Positions 10,722-21,014 are shown, numbered from the stretch's first letter. The stretch is 64,000 nucleotides of DNA from Aquabacterium sp. (GCA_023150345.1 JAKLLB010000005.1:28570-92569); one strand, 5' to 3'. The notes: a model not told the origin generated them from the letters alone. Translations and numbers: made by a program.

Positions 10722-12473
10722 ATGGTTGATGCCCTGCTCGTGGCGCAGCGCAGCGACGTGGCGCACATGGCAGCGCACCGCGAGCGCTACGCCGACCTGC
10801 CACTGCTGTGCGTCGACCCCGGCATCCTGGACACGCTGATCCAGGCCGGCTTCGGGAACTACCAATTGCGGCGCCTGGAGGTCTCGCGCGACATGCCGGC
10901 GCGGGTGTACACCGAGACCATCACCCGTGCCACGCTGATCGATCTTGCGCTCACCCGCGTGCGAGAGCGGCTGTTCGGACCTGGCTTGTTCCAAGGCTGG
11001 GATCGCAATGCCCTGTACCTGCCGTTGCACGTGATGTTGACGGCGCAGGCGCTGCGGCCAGCCATCGAGGCGGCAATCCCCGAGCCCAGAATCGGCCTGC
11101 TGCGCCCGGACAACCCGCTGTTGTTCAACTTCGACTCCATGGCCCCGGTGGAGGTGCTGGCCGCGGATGCGCGGCGCTGGAGCATCGTCGACCGTTACCC
11201 GGCCGGCCGCTTCTGGAACCCGCTGCTCTTGCAGGCGTGCTTCGACTTCGAAGGCGTTGCCCAGGCCGTGGCCGCGGGGCATGCCCAGGCTGTCACGCAT
11301 CTGGCCACGTGCTTCTACGACGCGCCCGCCTTCACGGCTGCGGTGAGCGCCGCATTCGCCCACAACATCGATCTGCCCAACGTCTATTGCGACGTACCGG
11401 TGCGGCGCGACCGCATGCTGCTCAAGATGGCCGATGAGCTGGCGCCCGGGTGGATCGATCCGCGCTGCGCCGAGTATCGGGAGCTGGCGCGCGAGGCATT
11501 CATCCAGCATCTGGCCGATCTGCTGCCTGGACGGACCGCGCTGCAGCAGCAGGCAGATGTGCTGGCGCGCCGTGCCTGGCTGCAGGCGGTGAACTACTTC
11601 GGCCTGCAGCGTGCGCTGCAAGGCGCGCGGCCCCACTTCGTCGTGGCCGACCACGACAACGGCTGGCTGGGCCCGCTGTTTACGCTGGCCGAGCGCATGG
11701 ACTGCCCGGTCACCGTTCTGCCTCACTCCGGTTACACCAATGCCGCGCTGCCCCACGCGCGGCGGGTGACCGCAGTCGAGCGCGCCGGCTGTGGCGCAAA
11801 CGTGCGCACGCTGCTGGGGCAGCCCGTGGCCACGCGCGCGGTACGCCTGCGCCAGTCGCCACAGCCGCAACCCAGACCCCAGCTGCGCCGCATCTGCCTG
11901 CTGGTGAACACGATGTATGCAGACGGGCACTACCGCATCGACCTGTTCGGCCTGCGCGAGCTGTTCCACGCCCTGCGTGAGCGCGCGGTTGCACACGACC
12001 TCGAACTGGCGGTCCGGCTGAAGCCCAGCACCCCGGCGCTCAATGTCGTGGCCGGTGCGTTGGGTGAACCGCCCGAGTTCTTTGGCCGCACCACGCGAGC
12101 TCCGATCGAGCAGGTGGCCGCCGAGACCGACCTGTGCATCGCCCATGGCGAGCTGACCACGGGCGCGTCCGCCTTCCTCGACGCCGCCAGCCTGGTGCTG
12201 CATGTGAGCGAAGAAGACTGGCCCACCCAGCTCGCGCCGCAGGCCCCGTTCCTTCACGACCGGCTGGTGCGCTCGTTCCGGCACGACACGCTGCTGGCGC
12301 TGCTGGACCGCTACCTGGCCGAGCCCGGCCTGTACCAGCGGCATCAGCGGGCCCAGGCCGGTGCCTATGCGCAGCGTCATGTGCACGCTCACGACGCCAT
12401 CTTCCCCGCGACCGTGGCTGCCCCGGCAGCCGACGACCATTCCCACGCATCGAGGAGTCCCGTCCCATGCTGA
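10722..12473 (+). CDS. Hypothetical protein, possible GT-B-fold glycosyltransferase
   Basis: GGAGG at 10711-10715 supports start 10722; 583 aa; overlaps pseB start; C-terminal alpha/beta pattern (ICLLVNTMY, LAVRLKPS, DLCIAHG); family not recognised. Confidence 0.6.
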   Translation: MVDALLVAQRSDVAHMAAHRERYADLPLLCVDPGILDTLIQAGFGNYQLRRLEVSRDMPARVYTETITRATLIDLALTRVRERLFGPGLFQGWDRNALYLPLHVMLTAQALRPAIEAAIPEPRIGLLRPDNPLLFNFDSMAPVEVLAADARRWSIVDRYPAGRFWNPLLLQACFDFEGVAQAVAAGHAQAVTHLATCFYDAPAFTAAVSAAFAHNIDLPNVYCDVPVRRDRMLLKMADELAPGWIDPRCAEYRELAREAFIQHLADLLPGRTALQQQADVLARRAWLQAVNYFGLQRALQGARPHFVVADHDNGWLGPLFTLAERMDCPVTVLPHSGYTNAALPHARRVTAVERAGCGANVRTLLGQPVATRAVRLRQSPQPQPRPQLRRICLLVNTMYADGHYRIDLFGLRELFHALRERAVAHDLELAVRLKPSTPALNVVAGALGEPPEFFGRTTRAPIEQVAAETDLCIAHGELTTGASAFLDAASLVLHVSEEDWPTQLAPQAPFLHDRLVRSFRHDTLLALLDRYLAEPGLYQRHQRAQAGAYAQRHVHAHDAIFPATVAAPAADDHSHASRSPVPC

Positions 12474-13477
12474 ACGACAAGTCCATCCTGATCACCGGGG
12501 GCACCGGCTCCTTCGGCAAGGCATTCGTGCACACCGTGCTCACGCGCTACCCGAAGGTGCGGCGGCTCGTCGTGTATTCGCGCGACGAGCTCAAGCAGTT
12601 CGAGATGGCGCAGCAGCTGCCGGCCAGCCAGTACCCGCAGATGCGGTTCTTCATCGGCGACATCCGCGACCAGACGCGGTTGACGCGCGCACTTGAAGGC
12701 GTGGACATCGTCGTGCACGCGGCCGCCCTCAAGCAGGTGCCCGCGGCCGAGTACAACCCCTTCGAGTGCATCAAGACCAATGTGCTGGGTGCGCAGAACC
12801 TGATCGAGGCCTGCATGGACACGCAGGTGCGGCGCGTGGTGGCGCTGTCCACCGACAAGGCAGCTGCGCCCATCAACCTCTACGGCGCCACCAAGCTGTG
12901 CTCCGACAAGCTGTTCGTGGCCGCCAACAACATCAAGGGCAGCCGCGACCTGCGCTTCTCCGTCGTGCGCTACGGCAATGTCATGGGCAGCCGCGGCTCG
13001 GTGATCCCGTTCTTCGTGGAGAAGCGCGCCTCGGGCGTGCTGCCCATCACCGACCCGCAGATGACGCGCTTCAACATCTCGCTGCAAGAAGGCGTGGACA
13101 TGGTTCTGTGGTCGATCCAGAACGCCTGGGGCGGGGAGATCCTGGTACCCAAGATTCCGTCCTACCGTATCACCGACGTGGCCCAGGCGGTGGCGCCGCA
13201 GGCCGAGCAGCGTGTGGTGGGCATACGCCCGGGCGAGAAGATCCATGAAGAGATGATCACCGCCAGCGACAGCCCGAACACCGTGGACCTGGGCGACTAC
13301 TACGCCATCCTGCCCAATGGCGGTGCGTACAGCGTAGACGACTACTGTGCCCGCACGGGCGCGCAGCGGGTGCGCCCTGGCTTCTCATACGACAGCGGCA
13401 GCAATTCCGACTTCCTGTCGGTGCCGCAGCTGCGCGAGATGATCGAGCAGCAGGTCGAACGTCAACCGCACCACTGA
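12467..13477 (+). CDS. pseB: UDP-N-acetylglucosamine 4,6-dehydratase (inverting)
   Basis: ITGGTGSFG, HAAALKQVPAAEYNP, LSTDKA, YGATK, RYGNVMGSRGSV, GIRPGEKIHEEM. Confidence 0.95.
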   Translation: MLNDKSILITGGTGSFGKAFVHTVLTRYPKVRRLVVYSRDELKQFEMAQQLPASQYPQMRFFIGDIRDQTRLTRALEGVDIVVHAAALKQVPAAEYNPFECIKTNVLGAQNLIEACMDTQVRRVVALSTDKAAAPINLYGATKLCSDKLFVAANNIKGSRDLRFSVVRYGNVMGSRGSVIPFFVEKRASGVLPITDPQMTRFNISLQEGVDMVLWSIQNAWGGEILVPKIPSYRITDVAQAVAPQAEQRVVGIRPGEKIHEEMITASDSPNTVDLGDYYAILPNGGAYSVDDYCARTGAQRVRPGFSYDSGSNSDFLSVPQLREMIEQQVERQPHH

Positions 13478-13492
13478 CAGCAGCGGCGCGCG

Positions 13493-14656
13493 ATGGCCTT
13501 CATCCCCTACAGCCGCCAGCAGGTCGACGACGACGACATCGCCGCCGTCACCGCGGTGCTGCGCTCGGAGTTTCTCACCCAGGGACCGCAGCAACCGCTG
13601 TTCGAGGCCGAGTTCGCGGCCGCGCACGGCGTGGCCCACGCGGTGGCGGTGAGCAATGCCACCGTGGCCTTGCACCTGGCCTGCCTGGCCATGGGCGTGG
13701 GGCCGGGTTCGCGGGTGTGGACCAGCCCCAACAGCTTCCTGGCCTCTGCCAACTGCGCGCTGTACTGCGGCGCGCAGGTCGACTTCGTCGACATCGACGC
13801 CCATACGCGCAACATGAGCGCCAGCGCGCTGGCGCACAAGCTCGAGCAGGCCGAGCGCGAGGGCACGTTGCCGCAGGTGGTGATCCCGGTCGACTTCGCC
13901 GGTCTGCCGGCCGACTTGCGCGAAATGCGCGCGCTGGCCGACCGCTACGGATTCCGCATCCTCGAAGACGCCTCGCATGCCACCGGCGCGCGGTACCTGG
14001 GTCTGCCGGTGGGCAGCGCCTGGGCCGATGCCAGCGTGTTCAGCTTCCATGCGGTGAAGATCGTCACCACTGCCGAGGGCGGCATGGTGACGACGCAGGA
14101 TCCGGCACTGGCCGAACGCGTGCGCCTGCTGCGCTCGCACGGCATGGTGCGCGAGGCCGCGCAGATGGAACAGGTGCCCGAGGGCCCCTGGGTATACGAG
14201 CAGCAGGCCCTGGGCTACAACGCGCGCATGACGGAGCTGCAGGCCGCACTCGGGCGCTCGCAGCTGCGCCGCCTGCCGCAGATGCATGCCCACCGCGAAG
14301 CGCTGGCCGAGCGCTATGACGGCCTGCTGGCAGCGCTGCCGCTGCGCCGCCCGGCGCGCCGAGCGGACCGGCTGTCGTCGTGGCACCTCTATGCGGTGGA
14401 GATCGACGCGGCGCGCTGTGCCGTGCCACGCGCGCGCGTGTTCCAGGCGCTGCGTGACGCACAGATCGGCGTGAACGTGCACTACATCCCCATCCACACC
14501 CAGCCCTACTACCGGCGGCTGGGTTTCCGGCCCGGGCAGTTTCCGGCGGCCGAGGCCTACTACGCGCAGGCGCTGTCGCTGCCGCTGTTCCCCATGCTCA
14601 GCGATGGCGAGCAGGATCACGTGGTGGCCACGCTCGCGAAGGCCCTGCAGGCATGA
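13493..14656 (+). CDS. pseC: UDP-4-amino-4,6-dideoxy-N-acetyl-beta-L-altrosamine transaminase
   Basis: DegT/DnrJ family; FIPYSRQ start, EDASHA, SFHAVKIVTTAEGG (PLP Lys), VNVHYIP; follows pseB. Confidence 0.92.
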   Translation: MAFIPYSRQQVDDDDIAAVTAVLRSEFLTQGPQQPLFEAEFAAAHGVAHAVAVSNATVALHLACLAMGVGPGSRVWTSPNSFLASANCALYCGAQVDFVDIDAHTRNMSASALAHKLEQAEREGTLPQVVIPVDFAGLPADLREMRALADRYGFRILEDASHATGARYLGLPVGSAWADASVFSFHAVKIVTTAEGGMVTTQDPALAERVRLLRSHGMVREAAQMEQVPEGPWVYEQQALGYNARMTELQAALGRSQLRRLPQMHAHREALAERYDGLLAALPLRRPARRADRLSSWHLYAVEIDAARCAVPRARVFQALRDAQIGVNVHYIPIHTQPYYRRLGFRPGQFPAAEAYYAQALSLPLFPMLSDGEQDHVVATLAKALQA

Positions 14657-15534
14657 CGGCCACTGCCGCCATCGGCGCGCCGATCGAGCTGGCCCTGGGC
14701 ACGGTGCAGTTCGGCCTGGCCTATGGCGTGGTCGGCAGCGGCCAACGTGTCACCGACGACGAGGCGCGTGCGATCCTGCAAGCCGCCGCAGCGCAGGGCG
14801 TGCGCGTGCTCGACACCGCGGCCGCCTACGGTGACATCGAGCAGCGGCTGGCCGGGCTGTGCGGGACGACGCCCTACTCGGTGGTGAGCAAGATCGCCCC
14901 GCTGCCGGCCGGATGTGATGCGCAGACGGCTGCCCGCCTGGTGCGCGAGAGCGTCGAGCGCTCGTGCGAGCGCCTGGGCCCGCGGCTGCACGCACTGCTG
15001 TTCCACAGCGCCGACGACCTGTTGGGGCCGCTTGGCGACCTCGCCTGGGCCCAGGCCAGCGCCTGCTGCCTGGGGCTGGGCGTGCGCCTGGGCGTTTCGG
15101 TCTACGGGCCGCAGCAACTTCATGCCGTCCTGGCACGCTACCCCGTGGCCCTGGCCCAACTGCCCGGAAATGCCCTGGACCAGCGCCTGATGGCGCACCG
15201 TTTCGACGGCGTGGAGCTGCACCTGCGCTCCGCGTTCCTGCAAGGCCTGCTGCTGGCCGACGCTGCTGTGGCGGGCGCACGCGTACCGGCCGCGGCACCG
15301 GCGCTGAAACGCTGGCAGGTCGCATGCACACGCCTTGGGCTCGGCGCGCTGGAGGCGGCGCTGGGTGCCGTGAAGGCGCTGCCGGGCGTGCGTTGTTGCG
15401 TCGTGGGCGTCGAGAGCGTCGCCCAGCTCGAAGACATCGCCGCTGCGTGGCGCCAGGCGCAGCCGCTGTACCTGCCCGAACTGGCTACCGACGACGCGGC
15501 CGTGATCGACCCCCGCACCTGGAGAACCCCATGA
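14653..15534 (+). CDS. Aldo/keto reductase
   Basis: LALGTVQFGLAYG, LDTAAAYG, SKI, LRSAFLQGLL; ATGA-coupled to pseC. Confidence 0.88.
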   Translation: MTATAAIGAPIELALGTVQFGLAYGVVGSGQRVTDDEARAILQAAAAQGVRVLDTAAAYGDIEQRLAGLCGTTPYSVVSKIAPLPAGCDAQTAARLVRESVERSCERLGPRLHALLFHSADDLLGPLGDLAWAQASACCLGLGVRLGVSVYGPQQLHAVLARYPVALAQLPGNALDQRLMAHRFDGVELHLRSAFLQGLLLADAAVAGARVPAAAPALKRWQVACTRLGLGALEAALGAVKALPGVRCCVVGVESVAQLEDIAAAWRQAQPLYLPELATDDAAVIDPRTWRTP

Positions 15535-16304
15535 GCGAACACACCGTGGCCGTGGTGCAGGCCCGCATGTCCAGCTCGCGCCTGCCTGGCAAGGTGCTGA
15601 TGCCGCTGGACGGGCTGCCGCTGATCGTGTTCATGCTGCGCCGCGTGGCGCGTGCCCGCAGCATCGACGAGATCGTGCTCGCCACCAGCACCGACCCCAG
15701 CGACGACGCCCTGGCCGAGGCCGTGCGCGCACACGGATACGCGGTGCACCGTGGCGACCTCGACGACGTGCTGGCGCGCTATGCCGGCGCACTGCAGGGT
15801 CGCGGCGCGCGCCATGCCGTGCGCCTGACCGGCGATTGCCCGCTGGTGGACCCCGCCGTGATCGATCGCGTGGTGCAACTGCTGCAGCAGCAGTCGCTGG
15901 CCTACGTGTCCAACAGCGACCCGCCCACCTATCCCGATGGGCTCGATGTCGAGGCCTTCACCGCCGAGGCCTTGTTCGATGCCCATGCCCATGCGCGCCT
16001 GCCCAGCGAGCGCGAGCATGTCACCCCCTACATCCGGGCGAACAAGCAGCGCTACCCGCAGGGCGTGCTGCGTGCGCCGGTCGATTGCTCGGCGCTGCGC
16101 TGGACCGTCGACCACGCCGACGACCTGGAGGTGGTGCGTGCCCTGGTGGCCGGGCTGCCGCCGGGCACCGCCGTGCAGGCCGACCTGTGGGACCTGCTGC
16201 GCGTGCTCGATGCCCACCCCGGGCTGGCCAGTGCCAACTGCCACACCCGCAACGAAGGCTATGCCAAGAGCCTGGCACTGGATGCGCAACGGGCAGCGGC
16301 CTGA
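15531..16304 (+). CDS. SpsF-like cytidylyltransferase-family protein (candidate CMP-Pse synthetase)
   Basis: VQARMSSSRLPGKVL, RLTGDCP, REHVTPYI, RWTVD motifs. Confidence 0.82.
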   Translation: MSEHTVAVVQARMSSSRLPGKVLMPLDGLPLIVFMLRRVARARSIDEIVLATSTDPSDDALAEAVRAHGYAVHRGDLDDVLARYAGALQGRGARHAVRLTGDCPLVDPAVIDRVVQLLQQQSLAYVSNSDPPTYPDGLDVEAFTAEALFDAHAHARLPSEREHVTPYIRANKQRYPQGVLRAPVDCSALRWTVDHADDLEVVRALVAGLPPGTAVQADLWDLLRVLDAHPGLASANCHTRNEGYAKSLALDAQRAAA

Positions 16305-16404
16305 CGCCATTCGAAGATCCACCCGAACCCGATCGAGGCCCGACATGCTCCGCCCCCAAGACGCCAAAGTCCCCGCTTCCTCCACCGCCAGCCGAGGTGA
16401 TGCC

Positions 16405-17694
16405 ATGAGGTCGTTCGAACGTTCGCAGCTGTTCCTGGCCCGCGCCGAGCAGGTGATCCCGCTGGGCAGCCAGACGTTCAGCAAGAGTCGCACCCAGTAC
16501 CCCTGGGGCGTGTCGCCGTACTTCGTGCAGCGCGCCCAGGGCACGCGCGTGTGGGACCTGGACGGCAACGAGTACATCGACTTCGTCAACAGCCTGGCCT
16601 CGGTGACGCTGGGCTACCAGGACGAGGATGTCACGCGCGCCGTGGCCGAACAGCTGCAGCACAGCGGCGTGATCTTCTCGCTGCCGCACCCGCTGGAGTG
16701 CGAGGTGGCCGAGCTGATCTGCGAGATGGTGCCCTGTGCCGAGATGGTGCGCTTCGGCAAGAACGGCTCCGACGCGACCGCCGCCGCCGTGCGCCTGATG
16801 CGTGCCCACACCGCCCGCGATCATGTGGCGGTGTGCGGCTACCACGGTTGGCAGGACTGGTACATCGGCTCCACCGCCCGCAACCGCGGCGTGCCGCAGG
16901 CCACGCGCGAACTCACGCACGCCTTCGCCTACAACGACCTGGGCTCGCTGCAGGCGCTGTTCGAGCGCTATCCGGGGCAGATCGCCGGCATCGTCATGGA
17001 GCCCATGGGGGCCACCGAGCCGCAGCCCGGCTTCCTGCAGGCGGTCAAGGATCTGGCGCACCGCGAAGGCGCGCTGCTCACCTTCGACGAGACGATCACA
17101 GGCTTTCGCTTCGCCAACGGCGGTGCGCAGGCCTGGTTTGGCGTCACGCCCGACCTGGCCTCGTTCGGCAAGGGCCTGGCAAACGGCTACCCGGTGTCGG
17201 CCATCGCCGGGCGGCGCGATGTCATGAAGCTGATGGAGGAAGTGTTCTTCAGCTTCACCTTCGGCGGCGAGGCGCTGTCACTGGCCGCGGCCAAGGCCAC
17301 GCTGCAGAAGCTGCAGCGCGAGCCGGTGATCGACACCCTGATGCGGCGTGGCGAGCGCCTGCTGGCCGGCACTCGGGCGGTGATCGAGCAGGCGGGCCTG
17401 TCCGACGTGTTCGCCATCGGCGGCCATCCGGCCTGGACCTTCCTCACGATCCGCGACGCACGCGGTGCCAGCGCCTTCGAGATCAAGACGCTGCTCATGC
17501 AGGAGCAGCACCAGCGCGGCATCCTGTGCCTGGGCACGCACAACCTGAGCTACGCCCACACCGACGCCGACATCGACGCCCTGGTGGCGATGTACGCCGA
17601 CGTGCTGCCCCTGATCGGTCGCGCCCTGGACGCCGGCACGCTGCGCCAGCAGCTGCGCTGCGAGCCACTGGTGCCGCTGTTCAAGGTGCGGTAG
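16405..17694 (+). CDS. Class III aminotransferase (glutamate-1-semialdehyde aminomutase-like)
   Basis: SQTFSKS, FGKNGSDAT, GYHGWQDW, FDETITGFR, FGKGLANGYP; alternative start 16345. Confidence 0.88.
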   Translation: MRSFERSQLFLARAEQVIPLGSQTFSKSRTQYPWGVSPYFVQRAQGTRVWDLDGNEYIDFVNSLASVTLGYQDEDVTRAVAEQLQHSGVIFSLPHPLECEVAELICEMVPCAEMVRFGKNGSDATAAAVRLMRAHTARDHVAVCGYHGWQDWYIGSTARNRGVPQATRELTHAFAYNDLGSLQALFERYPGQIAGIVMEPMGATEPQPGFLQAVKDLAHREGALLTFDETITGFRFANGGAQAWFGVTPDLASFGKGLANGYPVSAIAGRRDVMKLMEEVFFSFTFGGEALSLAAAKATLQKLQREPVIDTLMRRGERLLAGTRAVIEQAGLSDVFAIGGHPAWTFLTIRDARGASAFEIKTLLMQEQHQRGILCLGTHNLSYAHTDADIDALVAMYADVLPLIGRALDAGTLRQQLRCEPLVPLFKVR

Positions 17695-17739
17695 CCCGGA
17701 CACAGGCATGCGCGGCGGCGCGCTTGCCGCGCCGTTCGT

Positions 17740-18429
17740 TCAACGCGATGCGCCTGCGCCAGGCAGCCACTGTGCCTGCGGCAGGGCGCAGGGCAACTCA
17801 TCGAGACTGTCGATCACGGTTCGCGCTTCGTAGCCCGGGCGCGCCACGACGTGCGCATGTTCGCCGGTGCGCACGCGCACCGTGTGCACGCCCAGGGGCG
17901 TGAGGTTGACGAAGTCCTTGGCCGGGTTGTCGCCGATGTAGGCCATGTCGCTCCAGGCACATCCTTCGCGGCGGCGGATGAGCTCGAAGCAATGGGTCGA
18001 GGGCTTGGCGTGGCGCAGCCCGTAGCGGTGGGTGATGTAAGCGTGGGCCAGGCGCGGGCGCAGGTCCAGCGCCTGGACCTTCAGGTCCTGCACCACCTTG
18101 TGGCCGTCGGTCACGAGGTAGGGGCGACGCGCCAGCTGCTGCAGCAGGTGCTCGGCCTGCGGCGCCAGCGCGATCAGCGGGCGGTGGTGGCGATAGACGT
18201 CCACGCACTCGCGCACGGCGGCGCGGCCGGTCATGCCATGTTCGGCGAGCAAGCGGTCGAACAGGGCGCCGCGGCCCTGGCGCTCGAGTGCGCGTGCCAG
18301 CCAGGCGCGGGTCTCGTCGGCCGGCCAGCCGTGGCGCTGCTGGAGGTGCGCGGCCACCGCGGCGAAGCCGCTGGCCACGTAGCTGCGCTCCGGGTAGAGC
18401 GTGTCGTCCAGGTCAAAGACCAGGATCAT
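17740..18429 (-). CDS. HAD-family hydrolase
   Basis: FDLDDTLY, LVTDG, KP and YIGDNPAKDF motifs. Confidence 0.9.
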   Translation of the reverse strand: MILVFDLDDTLYPERSYVASGFAAVAAHLQQRHGWPADETRAWLARALERQGRGALFDRLLAEHGMTGRAAVRECVDVYRHHRPLIALAPQAEHLLQQLARRPYLVTDGHKVVQDLKVQALDLRPRLAHAYITHRYGLRHAKPSTHCFELIRRREGCAWSDMAYIGDNPAKDFVNLTPLGVHTVRVRTGEHAHVVARPGYEARTVIDSLDELPCALPQAQWLPGAGASR

Positions 18430-20332
18430 GGATGTAAAGGTCGCAGGGCACGCGCACCTGGCGCACCTGGCGCGGCGAACGGATGAACGGCCACGCGGAC
18501 AAGTCGTCGCCCCGCGCCTCGAGCAGCGACCACAGCAGGCTGTCCAACCCCACCGCCAGGCCGGTGGTCGAGGCGCCGCCGAAGCGTGCGTTGCACTCGA
18601 TCACATGCAGGCCGCCGGTGGCATCGAGCATCGCCTGCATCACCACCGGCCCGCTCAGTTCGAGCGCTTCGAGAATGCGGGCGCACTGCGCCTGCAGCGC
18701 GTGGTCGCTGAAAGTGGTGGTGACCTCCGACTCGCCGTTGACGACGCGGTCGCGCCGGCGCAGAACGACGCCCTTGCAGCGGCTTTGGCGGTCGAGCCAG
18801 GCGTCGACGCTGATCTCCTGGCCCAGCACCAAAGGCTGGAAGATGGGCGCCTGCAGGCCCTGCGCGTGCGCGAGGGCTGCCTCGCGCTGCAGCCCCAGGC
18901 CCAGTGCGCGCGAGCCGGCACCGTAGCGCTCCTTCACGACGTAGGGGCCTGCGCCGCAGGCATCGAGGGAAGTGCTGGCGGGGATGAACGGCAGCCCCCG
19001 CTCGGCGCCGAAGCGGGCGAAGGCAAGCTTGTCCAGGCAGCGCTCCAGCGCCACCGGGGCCGCGGCGAGCACCGCCACGCCCTCGCGCTGCAGGGCTGCC
19101 GAGTGGCGGGCCCAGAACGCGAGTTCGCCATCGCGCGTGGGCAGCACGGCGCGGATGCCGCGCTCGCGCAGCCCGGCGATGAGCTGCGGCAGCTGCTCGT
19201 CGCGCGTGGGTGGCATGGCCCAGAAGGCATCGGCCACGGCGGCGCTGAGTGCCTGCGGGTTCAGGTCGCCTGCGACCACCTGACCCTTGGGATCGAGTTG
19301 GCGCACGGCGGCCTGCATGGCCCGCACCAATGGCACCTTGCGCGAGGCGCTGCTCACCAGCACGCGCAGCGGTGCGGCTTCGGCCGCCAGGGCCGCGCCA
19401 TGGCGCTCGCGCTCGAAGGCGACGATCTCGGCGATGGCCTGCTCCAGCGGCGTGCCTGGCACCCAGCCCAGGCGCGCGCGCAGCAGCGTCACGTCGGCCT
19501 GCGAGGCCTCGTAGGGGATATCGCTGTCCACTGCTGCGGCCTGCATGGCCGGGAAGTGGGTGCGCAGCGCCTGCACCACGTCCTGCACGCGTCGCGAGCG
19601 GCCCGTACCCAGGTTGATGATGCCTTTCACGTCTTCGGCGGCAGCCAGTCGCAGCAGGCCCTGGGCGGTATCGGCGGCGTAGATGTAGTCGAACTGGCCC
19701 TCGGGGCGATAAACCTGGATCGGCTCGCCGGCCAGCAGCATGCGCACCCAGCGCGAAATCACGTCGCGTGAGTTGCGCCCGAAGCCGCGGTAGATGCGGG
19801 CGCACACCGTGCTCATCCGCTGGGCGCAGAACTGGTCGATGAAGCGCAGTTCGATCTCATGCGCGAACTTGGCCATGCCGGTGAGGTTGCGTGGGTTCAC
19901 CGGATCGGTTTCCCTGAGCGAAACCGGCTGCTCGCGCGCGGCATCGAACTGGTAGAGCGACTGATCGTAGATGAGGTAGCTGCTGGCAAACACCACCCGC
20001 CGCAGGCTCGGGCAGTCCTTGGCCAGCGTCATCAGGTGATGGCTCAGGCGCACGTTGTGCAGGAAGTTCTCTTCCCAGAACTCGTAGCTCTCGGTGGACC
20101 GCTCGAAGGTGGCAGCCAGGTGGATGTAGACCTCGGGCGCGTGCAGATGGAACTCGGCCTCTGTCATCGCGTTCAGGTCGCCCTGGCGGTAGATGACCCC
20201 GGCGCCGAAGTGTGCCGGCCGCGGCTTGAGATCGCCGACGATGGGGATGGCTCCTGCGGCCAGCAGGCGCGGCACCAGCTCGCGCCCGATCACGCCCGCA
20301 CCGCCACTGACGAAGACTCGTTTACCTTGCAT
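18413..20332 (-). CDS. Fusion: NAD-dependent epimerase/dehydratase-like + ATP-grasp domain
   Basis: N-terminal SGGAGVIG, HLAATF, INLGTG; C-terminal CLDKLAF, YVVKERYGAGS, FQPLVLGQEISVD, IECNARFGG. Confidence 0.85.
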   Translation of the reverse strand: MQGKRVFVSGGAGVIGRELVPRLLAAGAIPIVGDLKPRPAHFGAGVIYRQGDLNAMTEAEFHLHAPEVYIHLAATFERSTESYEFWEENFLHNVRLSHHLMTLAKDCPSLRRVVFASSYLIYDQSLYQFDAAREQPVSLRETDPVNPRNLTGMAKFAHEIELRFIDQFCAQRMSTVCARIYRGFGRNSRDVISRWVRMLLAGEPIQVYRPEGQFDYIYAADTAQGLLRLAAAEDVKGIINLGTGRSRRVQDVVQALRTHFPAMQAAAVDSDIPYEASQADVTLLRARLGWVPGTPLEQAIAEIVAFERERHGAALAAEAAPLRVLVSSASRKVPLVRAMQAAVRQLDPKGQVVAGDLNPQALSAAVADAFWAMPPTRDEQLPQLIAGLRERGIRAVLPTRDGELAFWARHSAALQREGVAVLAAAPVALERCLDKLAFARFGAERGLPFIPASTSLDACGAGPYVVKERYGAGSRALGLGLQREAALAHAQGLQAPIFQPLVLGQEISVDAWLDRQSRCKGVVLRRRDRVVNGESEVTTTFSDHALQAQCARILEALELSGPVVMQAMLDATGGLHVIECNARFGGASTTGLAVGLDSLLWSLLEARGDDLSAWPFIRSPRQVRQVRVPCDLYIHDPGL

Positions 20333-20891
20333 CGCTTGCCAGGCAACCGTGCATCAGCGAATCGACGGCCCGTCCGTCGATCCACACATGCGCGCGCAGC
20401 CTGCCCTCCGGTTGAAAGTGTGCCGCCTCCAGCACCGAAATGTGGTGGGTGCGGATGGCGTAGGTTTCGGTGTACAAACGGTGCAGGCCCAGGTCATCGA
20501 AGGCCAGCACCTGGACCAGGCTCAGGAAGGCGAGGAAGTCGGCCGCGTAGGCCGGTTCGCTGACCGTGCGCTGCGGGTCGAGCAGGAACGACACCTCGGC
20601 ACGCCGGTGCTCCCAGGCGATATGAACGAGGCCGCCGTAGCCGATCAGGTTCCCGTCGTGCAGGTATCCGACCAGGATCTGCGCCGGCTGGGCCTGGCTC
20701 TGCGTGGGCCAGATGTGGCGCTCGAAGTAGGCCTGTTGCTGCGTCGCCGAAATGGGTGCGCTCTGGCGCAACACGTCCATCTGCGCGTTGCGCCACAGGC
20801 GGATGGACTCGATGTGCTCGGGCTGAACCGGCACCAGCGCCCGGCCTCGATGTTCGAGGCGCGCACGGGGCATGCAGGCGTAGGTGTTCAT
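20322..20891 (-). CDS. GNAT N-acetyltransferase (PseH-like candidate)
   Basis: IRLWRN, LIGYGGL, AFDDLGLHRLYTE, FQPEGRLRAH; located in Pse island. Confidence 0.82.
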   Translation of the reverse strand: MNTYACMPRARLEHRGRALVPVQPEHIESIRLWRNAQMDVLRQSAPISATQQQAYFERHIWPTQSQAQPAQILVGYLHDGNLIGYGGLVHIAWEHRRAEVSFLLDPQRTVSEPAYAADFLAFLSLVQVLAFDDLGLHRLYTETYAIRTHHISVLEAAHFQPEGRLRAHVWIDGRAVDSLMHGCLASDAR

Positions 20892-20953
20892 GCGGGGCGG
20901 GATACTCGCATCATGCGCTCAGCATGCCCGCATCGCGGACCGCACGAGCGGGC

Positions 20954-21014
20954 AAAGAGCAGGGTAAGCCACGGCCATTTTGCGCTCGCGCCGAAGCAGG
21001 CTTTGGCCGATGAT
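20954..21014. promoter_or_regulatory. Divergent FlhDC-box-like element between GNAT operon and pseI
   Basis: AAAGAGCA-N11-GGCCATTT (20954-20980), then GCTCGCGC and GATGAT; mirror GCTCGTGC...CATGCT on minus strand. Confidence 0.35.

Noticed and set aside
10661-10729. 22-aa ORF MTAPALQ... ending over the 10722 start
   Set aside because: No RBS, no motif, no support for function or a frameshift
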